A DNA stretch of 64,000 nucleotides from Minisyncoccia bacterium (GTDB taxonomy: Bacteria; Patescibacteriota; Minisyncoccia; Phycocordibacterales; UBA918): contig JBGSJJ010000005.1 of the NCBI GenBank assembly GCA_041742075.1, forward strand, positions 97,481-161,480, given 5' to 3'. This document shows, piece after piece, positions 1 through 12,000 of the stretch; position 1 is the stretch's first letter; each line of letters opens with the position of its first letter. The notes below the pieces were generated by a model. That model saw nothing but the letters and a program-made list of their open reading frames with translations, was not told where the DNA came from and ran no database searches. The position numbers and the translations under genes are program-made.

Positions 1-3000
1 TGGTGATCAGTTTGCTACTGGTGATAATCGAAACATTGAGACAACTGCGACACAGGCGCAAATTACTACCACTATTACCGAGGCGATGGTTGCCTATGGC
101 GAGTCTTCGACACTTTTCCCTCGGTATCGTATTTGGTCAGGTAGTGAGTGGAGTGAAGCAGAAAATGCTCTGAGTACCAATGCTCTCGTTGAGTGGGCCG
201 AGCTTAAAGCGGGTACAAAACGAAGTGAGTATGCACTTGCGACACTGGGTACTGATGGCGACGTTAATGTGCAAATCTATGATGGTAATGCGCGCACCTG
301 GGGCGACATGAATGAATTAGTAACTGAGATACCCGTAACTGGCTATCGAGGAGTAGACATTGCCTACGAGACTGACTCGGGTGATCTACTTGCAGTTGCC
401 TGTAGTGACGATGATGCAGTGTTTAGTGTCTGGGATGGTGCGAGCTGGAGCACTACCACGTCGCTTAGTCTCACTAAGGCGACTGATTGTCAGTTCATCA
501 AGATGGCTTCTGACCCAGACTCAGACGAAATTATTACTGTGTTTAAACACGAATTTACGGGTGATCCTGACTATGAGGCACTTGTGTGGACCGGCTCTAG
601 CTGGAGTGCGAGCAATCTCACCTTTGGTGCTATCAGTCAGGCGGCTAACGAAGGTATTACAGTAGAGTATGAAGAGTCCGGCGACCAAGCGATTGTTGCG
701 GTCGCCAACGGAGGAGGTAATAATTTTGTGTATAACACTTGGAACGGTAGTAGTTGGTCAGGTAACCTAACAAACGCTCTCCAGGATGACTTCCAGCACG
801 GTGTCTTGAAGCGTGACGTGGGTACTGATCGGATGGCACTCTGTGGTATCGACGTAGACGGACAAGTAACCAGTACAGTCTGGGACGGTTCGGCCTGGGG
901 AACTGCCTATACCCTTGATACTGCCGGAAATAGTCAGGCGGGGCGACCAGTCAGTTGTGAATTTGAAACGCTCGGTGACCGTGATGGCTATATTATGATT
1001 CCATACTCAGACACCGCCAATGCGCGCTACCAGTACGGATCGACCTCGTATTCAGGAGAGCTTGATATTACTGGCCTTAACTTGAGTAATGGTGCCTGGA
1101 CAACGCAGACAGTACGTACCAATGACGGTCTAATCCTCGCGCTATTCTTAAAAGAAGATGGGCCAGCACCGACTGATCAATATCTTTTTGCGTACTGGGA
1201 CGGTGCTTCGTGGCTTGGTCAGGATACACTTAGTAATTTGCCATCAGTTACCACCACACCATTCCATGAGTCTATCTCTATGGCCGCTCAGATTTTCCCG
1301 AACTTCGTCGACGGCACTATACGTTCAACGTCTATTAACTTTGCTGATGGCGATAGTCCGCGCTGGCAAGAAGTGTCGTGGACAGACAGTACTCCTGCTG
1401 GAAGTACGGTTGAGTATCGAGTCTACTATGAAACTGCTACGGGAACTTTTGCCCTCATACCCGAGAGTGCGTTATCGGGGAACGAAGATGGGTTTACCAC
1501 CAGTCCAATTGATATTTCTGACCTTGATAGTGATATCTATTCTGTACTTCAGCTTGAGGCTGAACTTATCTGTGATGAGGATAACTGTCCAAGTGTACTT
1601 GATTGGACTGTTGAGTGGTCTGAGGGTATCAGTATTTCTGGACTCGCGCTTGAGTATGACCAAGCAACGGCGCTCTCAACTGGTACGATAGCAGTGGCAG
1701 TAAACGGTGATTTACAGGATGGTAAGACAGCCAATATTTCGGGTACAATTGGTTCACAAGAGGAAGTTTTTGATACGGCAGGAACAAGTACTTTCTCAGT
1801 ACCGGCTGGTGTTAATGAACTCACGGTAAAGTCTTGGGGAGCGGGTGGCGGTGGCGGTGCAGGAGGTTTACGGAACGTTGGAGCGGTTGGTGGCGGTGGC
1901 GGTTTCATGCAGGGAACGCTTAGTGTGACACCCGCTGAAAATCTCACCGTTGCAGTTGGTGGCGGTGGATCATCGGGTTCATATGGTGTACCGGCTGGTG
2001 CTGGTGGTGGCGGTGGGTACTCAGGTGTGTATCGCACTTCAACACCACTTATAGTAGCCGGCGGAGGAGGTGGAGGAGGGGCTGGTGCTGGTGGTATAGG
2101 CTACGCTGGAGTCGGCGCTGAATGTGCAGTAACTGCAGCTGCTGCAACGGCTTGTTTGCCACAACTTCCAGCTGGTACGGCTGAACATGACGTACTCATC
2201 GCAGTGCTTCATTCACGAACAGATACGGCTCACACCTGTACTACTAACTGTACGGGTTGGACAGAGTTTTCTACTCAGGCCGGTGGTAACGGTCGTTTGT
2301 CAGTCTGGTGGTACCGACAAGGTACCACGACACCAACCGGACCAACCTTTGCCGGACCAACTTCAGGTTCGTACACTGGTCGAATCTGGGCTTTTAGAGG
2401 GGTGGCCCAGTCAGGTAATCCATTTGACCAGGTAAGCTCTAACACTACGCAAGGTGCGACAACCAACTACGCTGGATCAAACCTCACGAGTACCGTGTCC
2501 AACTCCATGCTGGTAATGGTTGGAGGTTCCGTTGACGATCAGGCCTGGGGACCAGGCGGTGGTTCTTGTAATGTGCCATCTGGAGCTAATGGAGATTTTT
2601 ATGCAGTCCATGCAGGCAGTAATAATAACTCAATCTTCCTCTGTTATGACGGTACACCAAGTGGTGGTACTGGTTCTCTTGGTGTACCAAGTATGACGCA
2701 AGCAGCTTCAGTGGCTGGAAGATGGTTTAACTTTAACCTTCGAGCTGAAACTTCAGTTGGGGCAGTAGCAGCGGGCGGTGGTGGAGTGGGAGGTGGCTTA
2801 ATCGGTGGCGATGGTGGTTCTGGCGACACCGCATTTAGCGCTACGGGTGGAACTATTTCCGACTTGTTTGGTTTTAGGCACCATGTTTTTACCGCGAGCG
2901 ATACGTTCGAAATCTTAAGTGGCACACGACCAATAGACCTGCTTTTGGTTGGTGGAGGTGGAGGAGGTGGCGGATACCAATTTGGCGCTGGCGGTGGTGG

Positions 3001-6000
3001 CGCTGGTGGTGTTCGAGTCTTGCAGAATCAAGCGCTCGGTGTCGATACTTACACCGTCACTATTGGTGCAGGAGGAACTGGCGGAGACAATACTGACACG
3101 TCGGCTGGAAACGGTCAGTCTGGAGGAGACTCTTCATTTGATGCCGAAGTTGCGCTTGGTGGTGGTGGTGGACTTCGTGGAGCCAGGCCAAATGATGGTT
3201 CAACTGGTTTCTTCGGTGCTTCAGGTGGCGGTGGCGGTAGTACTATTATTAACGGTGTTTCTCATACTGGCGGTACGAGCACAGCTGGTCAAGGGAATGA
3301 CGGCGGTACCGGTGGTGCCTCAAATGGAACTGACAATCAGTCGGCTGGAGGAGGAGGCGGAGCAACAGCTGTCGGTAGTAATGGTACCAATGGGACGGGA
3401 GGTGCCGGCGGTGCTGGTATAAATCTTGGCTCACTGTGGGGAACTAGTGTCGGTGCCAGTGGTTGGTTTGGTGGTGGTGGTGGTGGAAAGCGTACGAACG
3501 CGGGCGGTGATACCGCTGGTGCTGGTGGTATTGGTGGAGGCGGAGGCGGTGTTGGTGACAATAACGGTACCACCGCAACAGCCAATACCGGTGGCGGTGG
3601 TGGTGGTGGAGCAGGTACCACCGCAACGCAGTATGGTGGGACGGGTGGTTCTGGTGTCGTGATTGCTCGCTATCGTATTCCATTCCTTGGAGGGTTTGGA
3701 GGTACACAAAGTGCTGGTGGTGTAAGTGGTGGAAATGGTGCTTCAGGGTCAGCCTTTTTGGGTGGCGCTGGCGATACGGGAGTAAGTGGTGGAGCAGGAG
3801 GGGCTGGAGGTTTCTTGGGTGGCGCGTCTGGCGGTACTGGTAATAGCACGAGTTCTGAAGCTGGTGGTGGAGGTGGTGCTGGAGGCTACTACGGAGGCGG
3901 AGGTGGTGCGCGAGGTAACGCTGGACTATATTCTGGGACTGGTGGTGCTGGCGGCTCTTCGTACGCTATCGCCACCGCGACAGCGACTAGTACGATAAGT
4001 GGTTCAGGAAATACTGCTGGTAATACTGGTGACTCAGACTATGGTGGGACAGCTGGCACAGGCGGAACTGGAGGTGCACTGTCAACCGACGGTGTTTCAG
4101 GTGCTGACGGACGTGTAGTCATAAGTTGGGTTGGTTCTACCACACCAGGCACGTGGACTATTCCAAACGTGAGTGCTCAGGTTGGCGACATAATCACCGT
4201 GTTTATAGTGGCACCTGACGGCACGAAAGAAGCAGTCGCAGTAACTAAGTATGACGGTGCAGGAGACATTTCAGGTATGCAGTTAAGTGAGCGCCACCTG
4301 ACGCTTGGTTCAGATGATGAGCCTACTATTTCCAACCAAAACCTCGAGGTGTATAAAAACAACGACAACCCAAACATTTTCTTTGATGTGTCTGTGGCAG
4401 GTGTACTTAATCTCTGTGCGGAAGCAACCTGTACTGACAGTCGCTTGCGCGTCCTTGCGAGCACCACCTATCAGCCAGGCGCAAACGGTAGTGTGATTAA
4501 CTTCCAAAATAGTGGCACCTTTGCTCCAGCCACGAACACCTTGCGCGTTTTAAATAGATGGCAACAACAAGGTACGTTCCTACCGGACTCTTCAACGATT
4601 ATCTTTACTGCTACCTCTGGCACACCGACTTTAGAAAACGCCACTACGTCGTTTGTATTTAATAATGTAACCTTTGGTGAAACGACTGGTACGGCATCCT
4701 GGACCATAGACAAGCCACTAGATGTTGGTGGTGCACTTACTGTTAACTACGGCACACTGGCGCGCGGTACATCGACAATTATGGTTGCTGGTAACCTTTC
4801 CCTTGGTGCAAACGGATATATAACTGGCCTTGCCACCACCACTTTTGATGGAAGCGGTAGTAACACCTGGGGTGATGCTAAGGCGAGCGCCTCGAGTACC
4901 AACATCGGACATGTGGTTATCGATGGAACAGGTAAGACAATTACTTTGGCTGGGAATGTTGGTGCACAGACGGTCACGATTGGTGCCGATGATACGCTTA
5001 ACAGTTCTGGTTCGCCTTTTAACATAAATGTTGTGTCAGCTTGGACTAACTACAATGCTTTTATCCCGCAGTCGGGTACGGTGACGTTTATTGGTACCAC
5101 CACAGGCACCATCGCGCGTGGTACGTCAGCCTTTAACAACCTTACCTTCAGTGGAGTAGGAGGGAATTGGTCATTTGCTACAGCTACTCTTGCCTTAAAC
5201 GGTAACTTCACGATTGCTACCGGTACCGTTACGCTACCAACGGGCACGACAACGATTGCTGGTTCATTCTTAAATACTGGTGGTACTTTTGCACATAACA
5301 ACGGTGAGGTTCGTATGACCAGTACAGCAGGAGGTCGTACCATCACACAAAGTGGCACGGCGTTTCTAAACGCCTTCTATGACCTCGTGTTTGCTGGCTC
5401 AGGCTCGTGGAGCTTTAATGAAGCCAATGCAACCACTTCAAGACAGTTCAGAATTCAGTCAGGTACAGTTACCTTCCCAAGTGGAAAACTTACCGTCGGT
5501 GGTGATTTTCTCACGACTGGCTCCGGTGCCTTTGCTCACAATAATGGCGAGGTGGTTTTGCTGGTCCAGGAAACAAACAGTGTTCGAGCGAATACATCTT
5601 CATTTAACAATGTACGAACCGTTAGTGCTGCCACTGGCTCTTGGTACAACGACACCTGGAATTATCGTGTTCCAGTGGTGATTCAAGAATCACAAATTGA
5701 TGACACACTTACCAACTTCCCAGTCTATGTAAACCTGGATGACTTCAGTAGTAGCTTCTTCTCGAACGTGAAAGCTGACGGTGGCGACATCCGCGTGACT
5801 GAAAGCAACGGAATAACCGAGGTGCCAGTTGAAGTTGTTTCAATTGACACGAGTGGTACGACTGGAGAAATTTACTTTAGAGCGACATCACTTGCTTCGA
5901 CAACTAACACTACCTATTACGTGTATTACGGAAACACAACTGCTACCACTGTCGCTTCAACCACAGCCTATGGTGCTCGAAATGTGTGGAGTAATAGCTA

Positions 6001-9000
6001 TGTACTGGTGTCGCATATGGACGACTTAACGACCAGTATCGTAGAGAACAGTGCTGGGGCAGTAAATGGTATAAAGACAAACACGAGTGGTACAGCTGTT
6101 CCTGGCAACCCGCCAGAAGTTTCTACAGGTCGAATATATGAGGCACAAGACTTGAGTACGGTACCGATTCAACACACAGGTAATTTCCTCAATAGTCAAA
6201 CCCAGTATAACGTTTCGCTCTGGTTCAACCCAGACAACATCGCTGGTTCAGCTCCTCAAGAAACAAATGTATATGGTCACAGTTTATACGGTGTTTCTTC
6301 GGCTGGTAACTACGATTGGGTTTCGATAGGAGGTAGTACAGCAGGAACCTCAGCAAATAGTTCTGAAATCTGTGTTCGTGCATTTACAAATTCAACGACA
6401 TGTAATGTTACCTCGGGGACTAATCTAACTGCTGGAAACTGGTATTACCTGTCTATCAACGCAGTCCAAAATAGTACACTTACTGCTCGTGTAAACGGTA
6501 CAACGCGAGGTACATTCACAGCTGGTAATTTGGCACCTAATACAAACTTCACCATTGGTGCACTGCGTCCAAACCGAACACCACCGATTGTGTTTGATGG
6601 CCGGATTGATGAAGTACGTGTGTCCACTACAACTCGCACTGATGCCTGGCGTGATGCTGAGTATCGAAACTTGGCAACAACGACAACTTTCTACACTGTT
6701 AGTACACCAGAGACAGGGAGAACACGTACGTTTGCTGATACTAATGCTACTATCCTGGGTAACTTAGTGCTCGAAAACGGAGGAGACGCCACCTTCCCAA
6801 CTGGTGTACTCGGTATTGGTGGTTCGTTTGATAACAATGCTGACTTTACAGCAAATGGCGGTACAGTACGTTTCAATTCAACAGCTGGAGCTGAAACTAT
6901 CGCTGTTGGTAGTTCGACCTTTGCCACGCTGGACTTCAACAGCGCAACTGGAAACTTCACCGTGACCGAAAATGCCACTGCTACGGTAGCTATCAGTCTA
7001 ACGAATGTATCTCAGTTTACTTTACAAAGTGGACTGCGTTTAGCAACTGCTGGTACGTTCTCAAATGCTGCCAACGGTTCAAATACCACCTGGACTGGTT
7101 CAACACTTGCTCTCTTGGGTAGCGATCATAGTATCAATACCAAAACGAGTACCGGTGACGCGTACGGCACGCTCCAGACAACAGGTGATACAGATATCGC
7201 AATGTGGAATAGTACGTCAACCGTGTACGACACCGCCAGCACTTCCTCAATCTACTCCCAAGACCATAACGGAGTAGATGGAGACCTCTATATCTTTGGT
7301 AATTACGTACGCTCTACCGGTACTGAGTACTGGAGTTACGCCACTGACTTCGATGGCACCAATCTTGGTACGACATCTGGTCGTCAAGTAGACGTTAGGG
7401 TGGCTACCAGCAGTACCGTTGGCTTTAGTAGTTCAACGCTTAGTATGCAGGGAAGTGCAACCGCTTCAACCACTATCGATGCCCAGACGGGAGCTTTTAG
7501 CTTAAATGCCAGTAATACAACAATAACTGCTGAATACTTTACTGTGGCAGGTACAGACGCTAGTGGTTTTGGTCTACGGGCCTCGACGACGCTCAGCACC
7601 TTCCGTGACGGGTTCTTCACTGTCACTCCTGGTCGAACTGGAATAACCATCAGTAGTACAACCGTGTCGCATAACCCGTCAGCTCAGTTCTACCGGATTG
7701 GTTTTGCAACCACTTCAGCAGGTACTGCCTCAAACGTTACGTTAGTTGGTACCTCAACATCGTTTGTCTGGTTCCGTGAAGGCGGCGGCGGTCTCTATGG
7801 TGAAGCGTATGATGCAGGCGACGCTAACCCAGGGTCTGTCAGGTGGGATGATAGTTCGAACTCAATTGTGGTGTCTGGTATTGTCTACGCTGACGATGGA
7901 GTGACTCCACGAAGCTCATCTACAGTTGTCAGGATTGTGGTTGATGGTGGTACGTATACCGCAACAACCTCAAGTACTGCTGGTACGGGAGCCTATTCAT
8001 TCCCAGCCGTAAATTATATTGGTGACCCGAAAATCGTCGTGTACCTCGATACTAATGGTGGGGTAACAGGTAGTGTCGTGACGAAGACACCAACGAGCAA
8101 TATCACGAACATGCACATCTATGTCAACCGGGTTATCACGAGACACCAGGACATTTTGCCTCTTACTGCCAGTGATATGCAGTCATTTGATTTTGACAAT
8201 GATACTGACCTCCGCTTCATTGCTGCCACTACTTCACTCACGGTACTGCCAAGTACTGAACTCTTCGTGTTTGCCAGCACAACGTTTGCGCCGGGTGGTA
8301 ACGTCACGCTTCTAGGAAACGGTAGTAGTACAAGTTATGAAGGTACGCTCCAAATAGGAACAAATGCTACGTTTAGGGCTTCAAGTACCGAAACTCACAC
8401 GCTGGCCGGTCGATTTGTGATGGCTACTACCTCTACGTTTACTTCAGCCTCGTCTACCTTTATTTTTAACGCGACCACGACTGGCAAGAGTATTACCTCA
8501 CCAAATACCGTAACCTTTAACGAAATAGCCTTTACGGGAGTGGGAGGTGGTTGGAACATAACTGCTCCACTGACGGTTGTGCAAAGTATGCAGATTGCCA
8601 CTGGAACCGTGACTGGTACAAGTAATATTTCACTCCTCTATGGTTCACTCTATGGAGACGGTACTCTCTCGTTTGGAAGTGGCACTACCACACTAGCGCG
8701 CAGTAACACGTTTGGAGGAATGCGAGCTTGGACACTCAATAATCTTGTGTTGGGTAATGGAGTAAATGTAGGCACAACAACACCGGTAACAGTTGCGACA
8801 ACGACAATTCTCGGGCGGTTAACTATCGCCAGTGCACACTTCTTAGATGCGGGTAGTACAAGTTGGAACTTAAACGGCTCAGGAACAGTGTTTGTAGAAA
8901 CTGGTAATTTGCTCGAAGGAACGAGCTCCTTTAGGTACAGTGGTGCCAGTTCAAGTATCTTGTCTACGACGTACTACAACCTTGAGCTCAATGCTGGTTC

Positions 9001-12000
9001 ACCAAACCCTGTTTATACCGCAGTGGGAAGTGGTATCAATGTACTCAATGACTTGGTGGTAGGTGGTACCGCTAGTACGACAGTAAACTTTGCCACGAAT
9101 GACCCAGTTCTAGCGGTTGGAAATGATATGCGTATCCAACCAAACGGTACGTTCATTGCGAGCGATAGTGGTCTCTTCACCATTACCGGCAGTTATGACA
9201 ACAACGGAGTCTTTACTGGTAGTAACGGTACGACCACGTTTATCGGTAGTGGTTCTGAAACAATTTCCGCCGGCAATTCAGCTTTTAGTAGCGTGAACAT
9301 AAATGGGACTGGTTCGTTTACCATCACCGAAAATGCTACCAGTACCGGAGCCTTTACACTCACGAACCACGCAAACTTTACCGTTGCGAGCGGTCAAACA
9401 CTTTCTTTTGGCGGAGCCTTTACTAATACGCTTGGAGGTGGCGCTACTACCTTTGCGAGTAGCACACTTCACTTCTATGGCGGTAATACAAAATCTATTA
9501 ACGCCTCAACCACAAGTGATAGTTATGAAACGCTATCAGTTGCATCAGGTACTAATGTACGTATGTGGAATAGTAATGCGATTACGTATGCCGCTACTGG
9601 AGGTATTTACTCACAAGACCATAATGGCAATAATGGATTACTACATATCTATGGTGCGTATACCTCAAGTGCTAACAATGATTATTGGAGTTACGCTACT
9701 GACTTTGATGGGACGAGTCTCGTCGGTGGAAGTGAACGTCAGGCAGTGGTAGCTTTGGCTTCCAGTGCAAGTGCAAGTTATTCTGGCGGCAGTCTCACCG
9801 TACTTGGTAGTACTACTGCTACTACGTCTATCACCAACCAAGGCAGTGGAATCTACGGTCTTACAATTGGAGGTACCACTGCCACTAATTGGAACCATGT
9901 TTCGATTCGTGACATAAATAGTTCAGGAGTGGTATTTGGTGGCTCACCAACGGTAGCTAACTTCTCAAACACCGACCACTTAGTGAAAATTAATAGTGCA
10001 ACAGCCGTTACTGTCGGAGGGTCTGTGATAAACGCTAACGAAGCCAAGAGCTTTACCGGAAACATTTTTGAAGCAGACCTCGGCGTAACTGGTGCAGTAA
10101 ACGTTACTGCAACAGGTACTGCAGTTAGTTCATGGCGCTTTACCCTTCATTCGGGTGATATTGCTGGGGAGGCGTATGACTCTGACCCACAAGGAGACCC
10201 AGGCTACATAACCTGGGATGACTCCGCCGCTTCCATTACGGTTTCTGGAACAGTCTATAGTGACGAAAGTAGTACACTCTCAAATGTATGCGATGGAGTT
10301 ACGCAAAATATTCGTCTCGTTGTTAAGAGTGAGACCACTGATAAGGCGTACGATATGACCTGTGACGCAACAACTCGCGTGTATAGTACGAGTAGTGTGG
10401 CCTATAGTCCGAATGATTTACTTGTCGTGTACATTGTTGGAGAAACAGAAAAAGCAACCAGCGCTACTACCGAACCAATTTCCTCCATCAATAATTTACA
10501 TCTGATTGAAAACCGAGTTATTGTACGTCATGAAAGTACCAATCCGCTCACAATTGCGCGAATGTCGCTCTGGGACTCTTCAGATGATTCTGATATTCAG
10601 TACACCGCCGTCAACGCGACGCCTGACACCCTTACTATCCCAGCAGACCGCAAGCTCCTTATTTGGACTGGTAAGACGTTTGAACCAAATGGTAACGTGA
10701 CAGTCAGTGGTGGTGGTAGCGGTTCCGCCGAAGATGGGACCCTTGAAGCCCAAACCAATGCGCGCTTTAGAGCAAGTAGTACGGTAGCACAAGTACACTC
10801 AATTGGAGGGAGCTTTATCTTCAATACGGGAGCGGTGTTCGAATCAGCTCTTTCAACCACCAGCTTTACGACGACAGGAAGCGGGCGCACAATCGATGTA
10901 AATGAAGGTGCTTTCAGTAACGCTTCCTTTAGCGGTAGCGGTAGTTGGAATGTGACTGATCCAACACTTACTGTCCGTGGAAGCTTACTCCAATCAGCTG
11001 GGGCACTCACTTTCGGTACAGCAACGACTACCATTGGACGCTCCTTTAACGCGACAGGAGGAAGCTTTACTATCAATAACAGCCCACTTATCTTTACTAG
11101 TACAACGACAGGTAACACCGTTCGTTTTGACGATTCACCGGTAGCCTCTATGTACTTTACTGGTACCAGTGGAGCCTGGACACTGGCTGACACCAACGCT
11201 ACAGCGACTCAATCGGTAATAGTTGAACGAGGAACGTTGACTTTCCCAAGTGGAAACTTCGCTATTGGTGGTAGTCTTCGAAATGTAAGTGGAGCTTTTG
11301 TTCACAATACGGCAGACCTGATTATGACCGCCACTACGTCAGCTTTGGTGCGAGCAAGTAGTTCAGATCTCTACGCTATTCGATTTGCTGGAGCTGGTCC
11401 ATTTACGCTTGAAGATGTCAGTACTACCTTCCGTGATAACTTCACTATTGCCTCTGGCACCGTCACTGTCGGCACCGGTACACTCGCTGTTGGTGGTTCG
11501 TTTGATACTACTGGTGGGGTATTCAATCACGCTTCCGGTACGGTGCTCCTTAATGCATCAGCGGTGGGTAAGACAGTTAATCCTGGTTCTAGTCCGTTTT
11601 ATAACCTACAGATTGGCGCGCCAGCAGGGGGGTATACCTTCTTGAATGCTACAACCACTAATAATCTCACCTTTGCGAGTGTGAGCAACTTCACCCAGCA
11701 GTCGGGTAGTCGACTCTACGTTGGGGGTGTCTTCAGTAACGTTGTGCAGAATGCTTCAACCACCTGGACTGGTAGTACACTGGCTCTTGGTCCAAACCAG
11801 GCCTACAACGTAAATAGCCGAACCAATTCTGGCGACACCTACGGTACGCTCACGATTGACGCAAATAGCGACATTCGGTTCTGGTATTCAAGCGCCGCTA
11901 CGACTACCGTCGCTTCTACAGCTTCGCTCTATTCACAAGACCATAACAACACCAATGGCGCACTCTATATCTATGGAGACTTCGGAATTAGCTCTACCAC

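Noticed and set aside
1549-3709. Pro-rich and His-rich minus-strand ORFs (1549-2037, 3337-3621, 3431-3709, 3444-3707) and a + strand off-frame ORF at 2949-3422.
   Set aside because: They are reverse-complement or off-frame artefacts of the GGN-rich coding tract of the giant gene: GGN read in antisense gives NCC, which codes Pro. They are fully contained in a motif-supported + strand CDS.
1800-4100. Gly-rich tract as a collagen-like or PE-PGRS-like domain.
   Set aside because: There is no G-X-Y triplet periodicity and no Pro enrichment. It is better described as low-complexity Gly/Ala/Ser/Thr spacer or beta-roll-like sequence within the giant protein.
10597-11196. 199-aa minus-strand ORF inside the giant gene. 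Similar antisense ORFs are at 6691-6978, 33025-33384, 41901-42434, 44643-45122, 58222-58617 and 61977-62453.
   Set aside because: All lie antisense within long + strand genes that carry clear family motifs (UvrC, CcdA, AI-2E, the receiver regulator, and others). They have no independent signals, so they are shadow ORFs.
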